A stretch of DNA of 61,314 bases, the filler included, from Jimgerdemannia flammicorona (lineage: Eukaryota), in NCBI GenBank assembly GCA_003990765.1. It is 3 parts of 3 records of this genome, joined end to end, with 100 filler letters (N's around TTAATTAATTAA, not from the genome) between each part and the next. Parts side by side here need not be neighbours in the genome. Positions count along the whole stretch, not along the records: positions 20,477 to 40,847 come from RBNJ01001697.1; 2 more parts are not named here. The stretch is one strand, 5' to 3'. The translations under genes were made by a program, and so were the position numbers. The notes beneath the pieces were generated by a model, which saw only the letters and a program-made list of their open reading frames with translations, made no database searches and was not told the DNA's origin. Numbering within the stretch: the stretch's first letter is position 1; every line of letters begins with the position of its first letter. This document shows, piece by piece, positions 24,793-34,928 of this stretch.

Positions 24793-26147
24793 AGTCAGAA
24801 TCACTCCCATGATCCAGCTCTTTCAGTGGTATTCTCTCTCTCTACTCTCCCACCCAGCTTTATCAACAACTATTTCTGAAGCTACCTCCCTATGCTCTCT
24901 CTCAGGCTGCCCAATCTAGATGTATTTGCTTACTATTCACAATCTTTACCACTGTCTTAGTCTCAAACTCCTTCTAGGCCAGCCCTCTCTTCTCCACTAT
25001 CTTAGTCTCAAACTACTTCTAGGCCAGCCCTCTCTTCTCCACTGCTTCAGCCAAGTCTTCTAATACCTCCAGTATGTTCTCCTCCTCCTCTGGTATCTCT
25101 TTCACCCTTGAGACCTTATACTCCACTGGTCTCCACTTAAGTACTGCTGGCCATTCTCTTCTTTTTCTAATATTCTCCTTGCTCACCAGTCTCACCCTAA
25201 TATTCACATCTCTTATTCTGAACTCTGTGCTCTCCCAGACCCAGAACCTAATATCTACTACATCACTATACTCCTTGATAACATCAACAATCAACCCCCT
25301 GGCCTCCTCCATCTTTACTGAAGGTACATTTGCCACCACCAGCAGCACTACTCAGGGGTTCCAGCACAGATACCAGGTTATAGAGATTGTCACTCCTCCT
25401 ACTACCACTCTTTTCTCCAATACTTCCAATATTAACTCCTCCTTCTCAAAGCCAACTTTCACTCCTTCCAGACTCTTCAAGAAACTCATTGACACCACTT
25501 CTTTTATCTTCTGGACCAGAAGCCCCAGAACTATTTTGGCTATGACCACTAAGCCTTAGAAACATAATATGATAGTGAATTCAGACACTGATTTCTTGAG
25601 TAACAGTGCACCACTAGACCCATTATACCATCAGCAATATCCCCAGCCCTTGGACCCCCTCTCAGCCATCAGCTGTCACATTTGGATTTTTTTTCCAGAT
25701 TAGCAGTCTTCCCTCTATTAGCAGTCCCACTCTTCCAAGCACCTACTTCTCCAGCCCCTACTTCTCTAGCCCTACTGCCACCACTACTATGGGTCTTTTA
25801 CTAGATTCTATAACTCTCTCCTTTCTCTTACCCTTCTGCAGCTATTTCTCCAATCCAGTCACCAGATATTCTGCCTTGATCTTGTTGACAAAGCTCATCC
25901 TCTCAGACTCCTATTGGCTAGACCTGCCTCTACTACCTTCTTGTCTACCAGTGAGAGTAATCAACAGACTCTCTCCCAATCTATGACTCCTTTCCACATG
26001 CTATCAGTTGAACACACCGGGGCCACCCTGCTCAGTATACTCTTCAAAATACTTATCTGTTACTATATTATTAGTATCTTTTCTCCAAAAACAATATTAA
26101 AAGTATTGACAGAAGTTTGTGTAACCTGAATTGTACCAGAGAAATGG
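24793..26147 (-). mobile_element. Degenerate LINE 5' fragment (5' UTR and N-terminal ORF1), interrupted by the 21041-24792 copy
   Basis: 5' motif CATTTCTCTGGTACAATTCAGGTTACACAA. ORF1 peptides SFLKSLEGVKVGFE and VVDIRFWVWE are visible. Confidence 0.85.
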
Positions 26148-29100
26148 ATTTTTAAATTGATTGCCAATGATTAATATACTCTCTACCACTTATTTTAATA
26201 ACTTCTATTACTCATTATAGTATTTTTTACTACTTATTCCAACTATTCAACATTCTCTCAACTTATTACTTACTTTTCTATACCTCAATTTATTACTTAT
26301 TCTAATATATCTCAACTTGTCACTTATTCCAACATATCTCAACTCATTATTTGTTCTAATATATCTTAACTTATTACTAATTTCACTACTTATTCCAGTT
26401 AGTAGAGAAGAAAAAAAAAAAAAAACAGAAGATTTGAAGTTTTTATAATTCTTCTCATTATGTCATCTGAAACCTCACTCTCTCTTTCTATATTTCTAAT
26501 ACTCCTTTTTTTGTAGCAGGGGGGTGGGGGGGTTTCTACTCATTCTAGTACTCTCTACTACTCATTTCAGTACTCTCTATCAGTTATTTCAATATCTTCT
26601 ACCACACCTTCTACCACATCTTCTTTATCTCTTTCAATTCAACATAGCCTTATCTTGACTCATTATATCACTCACTCAATACTGTATTGCTCATTTTATC
26701 CATCCAATCAATCAGTAGAATAATTAATTCTGATAAATCAAATAAATTAATTGATTCACTTATATTAATTATTTTATCTTATATACTCTATCTTGCCTAC
26801 TGGTAGGTTCACAAATAAATAATAGTAATAGTTAATTTTCTTATATATTGTATTTTATCCTGCTCTATTCTACTCAATAATTATCAAAAGAGAGAATATT
26901 CAAGGTAAAAAGTACTTTCAGTTGACAATGTTAAATTCTTTCTTATATAGATAGTATATAAGCTACTTATCAAAGATAGCAATAATAGTAATAATAGTGA
27001 TATTAGTGATGACAGTGATGATAGTGATGACAGAGATGATACATATTAATAATAGTAATAACAGTAATAATAGTAGTGGGAGGAAGTTCTGATAAAAAAT
27101 TATAGAGATACTTCTGGTCTTATTATTTATCAATCTTATAGCTATATATATAACAGCCTTTGTAGAGTAGCTGATAGTGGATATAGGTTATAATTGAATG
27201 ATACATTTTTATCACAGATAACCAATTTCACTTTAAGCTAATTTTTTTTTCTTAGAGTCTACAACTCTAAAGTGAGATCTGCTAACTTCATTTACAACAT
27301 CTGATCAAGATGAAGAAAGACTGGAGAATAATTCAAGAAATACTTTTGATAGCTAAGTTATTGAATCAGTATATTATATAGTAGAGATCTCAAAAGAAAC
27401 AGAAGTAAGTCTTTATGAGTATTCTTGTACTCTTTATTTAAAAAATATTTTTTCCAAACTTATATACAACTCATGACTCAAACTGCAATCTATTCTCAGA
27501 TCAAGGCTCAGTTCTACTATTGGATAATTCAAGTTTGACCATATTTAGCTTCTAATAAATTAAAGAGATTCAAGAGTAAGTTATTCAGTTTGAGTAACAC
27601 CAGCTTGACTATTAAGACTTTGGAGTCAATATCCAAATTGAAATTAATTATTCTTAATCAAGTAATCTACTGGTCAGCAGAAGTCTTTAATAATAAAGAA
27701 AACTATATCATCATTAATAAATATAGAGAGATAATTATAATAGTAGTGAGAAGTCTCCATGATGAAGAACTTTGCCACTATATCAATTAGGTTTATGAGA
27801 ATTGTGTTAAATATTGAGTAATAGGGAAAAGGGGTATAATAAGCAAGAAGAGAGAGTTTGGAAAGAAATTGGATATATGGCAATATTGGTAAAGAGTGGA
27901 TATTTTGATTTTTCCAAATTTCTCATATTAAATAACTTTTTGAAAAAATTAACTAATTTTATTAAAAATATCTAGAGATATATAGAATACTCTATCTCTA
28001 CTGAAATTTCAGAAGTAAAGTCAAAGAGTAAGTTATATACAAGTATGATACAGCCTACATAATAATAATGGCTATAATCTTGAAATCTTTGACCAGATTG
28101 CTAGAGTGAACAGCAGGCCAGCTTAGCAATAGCTATATATACATTCTTGATGCAATTCAGTATATCATATAAGTAGTGATCTGAATGAGTCAGTTCAAAT
28201 TGATTTAAATTATAACTGTTTCTGATTAGAATGGATCTAAATTTATTATATGATTAATTTGAATCAATTTAAATTTATTATATAATTAATTTGAATTAGT
28301 TCAAATTGTGTCTGCTCTGATTCAAATCTTTGAATAGCTGATTTGAATTACTAGATTTAAATCACTAGATTTGAATCACTAAATTCAAATTATTGAATTT
28401 GAATCACTTTATAAGAGGGTTTACTTTTTAGGGTAACTGTTACATAGTTCTGGAAGGGTGTTCTAGAAGTTCTGGATATTCTGGAAGACCGTTTTCTTAA
28501 GGTCAAGATCAATTTCATATGGAGTACATCCTCTATGCTTATTGATTTTAAGTTTGGGTTGACGTCTCTACCAAAGTTCTTTTTTGGACTAGTTCTGGAT
28601 GTTCAGGATTTTCTATATTTCAGGAAGTTCAAGAAACTAAGACCAGCTTAGTTGAATTGGTGTATCACTGCAGACAATACCCAATTAGGAAATTTCATAA
28701 TGGGGTTACCTAACAGAGAGTGGATTTACTTAAGAGTGGTTTGTGGGTTATTAAATGGGTTTATTCACTATTCATGATATTGCTATACTAGGAGTAGTTG
28801 TGTGAAGGAATATTGTGGGGAAGTATTCAGAAATGTTCTTGTGTATTTGAGTCTGAGATTCTGAGGTCTGGGGGAGAGGATATTTATATTAGTGAGGGAC
28901 TATCTGGACTATGCTAAATATGGATGTAGCACTTAGTGTCTTATTGAGTTGGAATGCAGTCACGTAGTACAAGTGTGATCTGACATATCAAGAGATCATC
29001 TGACTACTGAGTCAGTTCACAGTCATGTCATACAAGGCTAATCTAACTATACTATGACTGCTAAGCTATTTATAGGTTTAGACACTATCTGGTAGTCTTC

Positions 29101-29213
29101 AATGACATCACCAACAATGACATCATCTCTGCATCTTTCTCCGGTAACATTCAGGTTACACAACCCTTTGGCAACACTTTCAACACAGTTTCTGGAGAAA
29201 AGCTACTAGTATC

Positions 29214-31242
29214 ATGGTGACCAATGAGCATCCAGAGGTGCGTACTGGGCAGGGTGGCCCTGGAGCATTTGAATGGCAGCAAGTGGGGAGAGGCCCCAGC
29301 TTGGGGGGCAGTATGAGGGGCCTGCTGGCGGGGGGCCATGGTGGAAGAGGGGGCGGAGCTGGAGGTCAAGGGTCTGGCAGGGTGAGCTTTGCAGAGAAGG
29401 TGAAGGGGGGTCGGCAGGGAGCTGGCCTGGAGAGCTGGCTGAGAGGGGGGAAGGTACCGGTGGTGGCTTCCAGGCAGCAGCCTCTTGGGGGCACCTCTCT
29501 AGCAGGCCATAGGAGTGGAGCTGGGGGGGTAGCGGCTGGGGCGGGGACTGCTGATGGGGGGTGATGGGGGATCTGGAAAAAAATCTAGATGGGACTGCTG
29601 ATGGTGAGCTGAGTGGTGGAAGGGCACGAGGCCCGGGGACATGGCAGATGGTGTAATGGGACTGGCGGTGGCTCCGTTACTCAAGAAGTCAATCTCGGCA
29701 TTCGCAGTCATGCTGTGCTTCTGGGGCTTAGCAGTGACGGCAAAAATGGTGTTGGGGCTTATCGCTAAGTAGGTGGTGGGAGTGGCTTCGGTGAAGTTTC
29801 TGAAGAGACTAGAGGGGGTGGAGGTGGGGTTTGAGGAGGTTGAACCGCTGGAGGAGGCGCTGAAGGTAGGGTTGGTGGTTGGGGAGGTGTGCGTTCCGAT
29901 GGCGAGGTATCTGAAATGGGATCTGAGGGTGGTCCAACTGCTGGTGAAGGGAGTGCCCACGGCGACGGCAATGGAGACGAGGAAGAGAGTGGAGGATGTC
30001 ATGGCAGAGTATGGAGAGGTGGTGGATATCGGATTCAGGGTCTGGGAAGAGATGACGCTCAGGACTGGGGATGTGGATGTGAGGATTCGGCTGGCTGGGA
30101 AAGAGGCTACTGGGAAGATGAGGGACTGGCCTTTGGTGTTGGTCTGGGGAGCTTTCCTGTGCAAGGTGACGCAGGTGAAAGGAAGTGAAGAAGAGGAGGA
30201 AGATTTATTGGAAGTGCTGGAGGAGCTGGATGGGGCTGTGGAACGGCGAGCTAAGGCCTGGAAGACTTTCGAGGAGTCGACGCTCCTGGAGGTGGTGGAT
30301 GGAAAGAGGATTTGAGTGGACAAGGTGCAGTGGGAAAGGGCTCAGGGGCGGAAGAGGCAGAAGGATCTGATGGCTAAGCTGGGGGGTGGACTACAGAAGG
30401 ATGCAAGCATGAAGACGGGTGCAGAAGGGGCCAGAGTGAGTGTCTGGGCTGGGGAGAGGAGTGGGAACGATGGGGCAAAGTCAGGGAAGGCTAAGGAGGC
30501 GAAGATTAGTGACCCATATGCTGACGGCACCTTGGAGGTTTGGGATGATGGCTGGGAGAATTCCCCCACCCCTTCCCCTCTTATCAGGCATGGCCCGGCT
30601 TCCAGGAACAAGTCTGGGGAGGACATGATGATGCTGGGGACCCAGCAGGTGAAATTCAGCATTCCGGAGGTATTGGACGGGGACCGAGTAGTGGCAGCAG
30701 GGGAGGAGGAACTGGTGGATGTCCCAGAGGTATGGGATGAGGATGCGAGTGTGGGAGCTGACACCACGATGCTGGATGGAGGGAGGCCAGTGACCCCTGG
30801 TGGAAAGGAGGTGGGGAACCTACTTTAGATGTGCCGGATGTTGAATAACCTGGCAGCAGAAGAGCTGGGGGAGGTGGACTTGCATGGGATGAGTGACGAG
30901 CACTGGGCAGGAATTTTGCAGGGGGAAGGAGTGGCGATGGTGCTGAAGGCAGAAATCCTTGTGGTGTATCTGGAGGAGGAAGGGTATGAGGTGGATAAGG
31001 AGAGGGAGGTGGAGTTGGTGGTAGTCGCTGGGGAGAAGGCTGAGTACTGTTGGAACAGGTGCCATGGGTTGCAGCTTTGGCAGGAGGCTTGCATCGAGTA
31101 CTGAGAGGAGTTTGAGGAGAAGGCTGATGAGGAGATGAATGAGCTGTTGGCGGGACTGGAGGCTCAGAGGGCTGAAGAGGAGGTGGTGATGGCTGAACAT
31201 AATCTGGACATAGCACAGGAGAAGAGGGGCATGGAGCAGTAG
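29214..31242 (+). pseudogene. LINE ORF1 (Gly-rich N-terminus, RRM-like core, acidic C-terminus), disrupted
   Basis: VQLLVKGVP...EYGEVVDIGFRVWE...RTGDVDVRIRL core. Premature stops near 29562, 29770, 30313, 30826 and 31102. Confidence 0.85.
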
Positions 31243-31272
31243 GGATTGATTGAGAACAAACCGTATTTTACT

Positions 31273-34200
31273 ATGAATAGTACAACTAACATTTTTTCTT
31301 TGAATGTGAATGGGCTGGGGGGCGCAGTTCGATGCAGGAACATTTTTATTTAGTTGAAGGGATTGGAGGCCGATCTCTTCCTCTTGCAGGATGTCAGGTG
31401 CGAGGATGATGCTGATAGGATGGAATGGACCAAAGAATGGGGTGGTATGGCAACTTGGAACAGCAAGGTCGGGATTCTGGTTCGGAAAGGCAGAGGGGAG
31501 ATAAAGGATGTGAGGAGCTGGGGAGAGAGACTGGTCTGGGGTGAGTGGATTCGTGCAGGTTGGGAGCCGGTCACTGTTGGCTCCTGTTACTGCCCTGCTG
31601 TGCAGAGGGAGCGTGTGGATTGGGTGAAAGGGCTCCAGGAGAGTGGGATCCTTGCTGAAGCTGGGTTGGATATGCTTGGAGGAGACTTCAATATGGTTCG
31701 GGATGTATGGCTGGATAGAACTGATGGAGGACAGGGTGCAGAGAGCAGGAGTGGGGGGTTAGCGACATGGGAGGAGGTTGAACAGCTAGGGGCACTAGTG
31801 GATGCTGGTAGGGAGCACTGGGGGGACAGAAGGGTATATACGCATTGGGCTGGAGGCCTGGGGACAAGGATTGACTGGATTCTGACAGCCGACTGTTGGG
31901 GCCGTGATATTTGGAAGGTGTTAGAGGTAGAATGGTGTCCGTGGTCAGATTACTGGGGCCTCTTGGGACAGGGGTGTTTTGGGGGAAGTAGGGATGGGCC
32001 TGGACATTGGTGCCTAAATTCCTCCTTGTTGGATGATGAGGCCCGGTGGGAGGAGTGGGCAAATGACATTCAGCTGAAGGTGGCGAATTGGCAGCAGGAA
32101 GGGGCCACGATTGAGGTTCGGTGGATGAGGATGAAAGAGAGGGCCAGGATGTATTGGAGTGAGGCTGGCAGAGTGGCTGGGAAGCAGTGTAGGCAGAAGG
32201 TGCATTGGGCTTCTACTAGATTGGCCAGGCTCCTGGAGGAGTGGGCAAGACTGAAGGCAGTGGAGGGAGAAGAGGATTGGAGAATAACGAGGGTAAGGAT
32301 GGAAGTTGGGGAACTGCAACAGGTACTGCGGGAAGAGGAAGAGTCAAGGGTGCAAGGCCTGGTGGCATGGCTTCGTTGGCAGGGGCTGGAGGAAGGGGAG
32401 AGGCCTTCCAAGTTTCTCACAAGGACACTTCAAGCAAGAAGGGCACAGCAGCAGTGGGAAGGGGTACTTGGCTCGGATGATGTACTAGTGCATGGGGTAC
32501 AGGACATCCTTAGAATGCTGAAGGCACGATGGAGTGGCTTGTGGAGTGAGGAGGAGGGTGGGGCGGACGCTACAGCCATTGACCAAATATTAGAAGATTG
32601 GCACCCACTGCAAGCTGAGGGACTAGGTGACCTGGTGATGCCTGTAAAGGAGGACGAGATCCACCAGGTTCTTGCCATGACAGCCTTGGGTACGGCGCCT
32701 GGGGAGGATGGCCTCCCTTGGGACTTCTGGAAGCGAATGGTTGGAGTCCTGGGCATATTGGGGGAGTTGACAGCACTGTGTGACTCTATATTGCAGTCAG
32801 GGAGATGGGTGGGGGAGCAAGACCTTGGGCTGGTGATGCTGCTTTATAAGAACAAGGGAAGGCAAGAGGATTGGAAGAACTGGCGGCTGATAATATTGCT
32901 AGATATGGACAGGAAGTTGGTGACTAAGGTGGTAGTCACAAGGCTACAGAAGGTAGTCCAGCAAATCGTGGGTGTTGAGCAGCGGGGCTTCATAGGGGGT
33001 TGGCTTATTAGAGATGGCATGGCCTGGATACATAGAGTTATTGAGGGTGCTCGAGCCTGTGGACTAGATGGGCATCTCGTCTTCTTGGATCAGGAGAAGG
33101 CTTATGACCGGGTGCGGCAAGTCTGGCTGGCTAAAGTATTGGATAGAATTGGAGTCCCGGGCCCATTTTGGTCGGCAATGGTCAGCCTACTGGAAAGGAG
33201 TAGGGCTGCACTAGTGTGCAATGGGCATCGAGGGGTGGCTTTCCCTCTGAGTAGGGGAGTGCCCCAGGGGGACCCACTGTCCCCATTTTGTATGCTCTTT
33301 CCTTGGAACCTCTGATGGACAGGATTCGGCGGAAGATCGTGGGGCTCTCTATCTATGGCATTGGCTGGAAGGTTGGAGCCTTTGCGGATGACATGGTGGT
33401 TGGTTTGGGAGGGATTGCAGATGTCGAGGAGCTCCGAAAGTCAGTGGAGTAGTATGAGGCGAACTCTGGGGTGAAGCTGAATTGGCACAAGTGTGAAACA
33501 ATGGTGCTGGACAATGGCTTGGTGGGTGGAGAGGTTATTGGAACAATTGTCCCCACCGGAGAGGCAGTGCGGTACTTGGGCATCTATTTGTTGGTTTATG
33601 GGTCTGTTTTGCCCAGGCTGTGGTGGGAGCAGAGGATTGGAATTTGGGAGGAGGACCTGCAGGGTTGGGGGGGTCGACACTTCTCTCTGACAGGAAGAAT
33701 CTCGATTTTGAATGTATACTGGCTGCCGAAGCTGTGGTATTTGGCCTATCATCTGGACTTCCCAGCCTGGGTAGTGAAGAGATTGGTGAAGGTGGCCAAG
33801 GGATGGATTTGGGCTGGCAGACAGAGTCAGATTGGTTGGGAGACTTTGTCCCTACTGGTGGCGAGAGGCAGTCTTGGGCTGGTGGACTTCCCCAAATGCC
33901 TACACTGCTTGAGGGCTTGGTGGCTGAGGAGGGCGGCGGAGTTGCATGGAGGGGGCTGGGTCCCTCTGCTGCAGAAGATATGGGAGAGGCAGACGTCGCC
34001 TAAAGGCTTGACTGGTGATCTTCTTTCATTGGTTGGGCATCAGAACACTGCGCAACTGAGATACAAAGGCTTCTGGTGGGGGATAGCCGAGGGGGCACAC
34101 TGCATTGGTATTCGCTGGCAAGGGGATGAGGGGGAGAGGGCTTGGGACCCGGTGTTGTGGAGATGGGATAGCATTCTTCTGGGAGGAATGCCTTTACTGG

Positions 34201-34928
34201 AGTTTAACATTTGTGATGGCATCGAATGCCAAAGGGGTCCGGGCCAGGATCTGTGGCCTAGTGGTTGGCAGGGTGTTGGAATTGGTGAGGAGTGGGACTG
34301 GCATAGGGTTTGGACCTGGAGTGCCGCAGTGAAACAGTGGATGCCGCCAAAGTACTGGGTAGTCTGGTGGTGTATTCTGAGGAGGAATGTGATGCTTAAC
34401 TTCCACTCAGGACACCTTGTGGTAGGGGGCTGTTTTGACTGCGAGGAGTGCCATAATGTCGGGCAGGAAGGGGGATTGGTACAGACGCCGGAACATTGGC
34501 TTGGGGAGTGTGAGGTGTTGGGTGACTTTTGGCAGGCCATTGGGGACCGCTTGGGGGTAAGGCGTAGGGGTGATGATATATGGGGGAGGTGGGAGGACCT
34601 GAGGGATCGATTGATAGGAGGGGTTGGGGAAGAGTGGATTACTCTAGGCTGGGCATTAGTTATTTGGGTTGGGCTGGCCAGTCACTGGTTATTTGTATTT
34701 GAGAAGGAGAAGCATCCGAGCTTGGGGAGCCAGTTAGCGAGGTGGCAGTTCCTTATGGAGGATACCTTGACAGGCTGGTGGCTTGGTTGGGGGCTGCAGG
34801 GGGGTCAGAGGCACCGCTTGGTGGTGAAAATCTGTAGTCAGAGTGGTGGGAGGGTTGGAGTTGTAGGTGATAGGGTGGTCTTTATACGTGACGAGGTGGG
34901 GTGGGGCCACCTGATGGGGATCGGATAG
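31273..34928 (+). pseudogene. LINE ORF2 (APE endonuclease, reverse transcriptase, C-terminal Cys/His finger), disrupted
   Basis: SLNVNGL, LLQDV, GGDFN, RIDWIL, APGEDG, LDQEKAYD, GVPQGDPLSP, AFADD, YLGI, CEEC...EHWLGEC. Stops at 31351 and about 33450; frameshift near 33290. Confidence 0.93.

Noticed and set aside
29499..30323. Long Ser/Pro/Thr-rich antisense ORFs over the LINEs (also 38661-39581, 42926-43807, 45629-46270, 60065-60805)
   Set aside because: These are shadow frames of G-rich coding sequence, with boundaries that differ between copies and no recognisable motifs.
29214..34928. Stop-codon readthrough or an alternative genetic code in the LINE ORFs
   Set aside because: The stops fall at different positions in different copies, and sister copies have CGA, CAG or TGG there, which indicates mutation.
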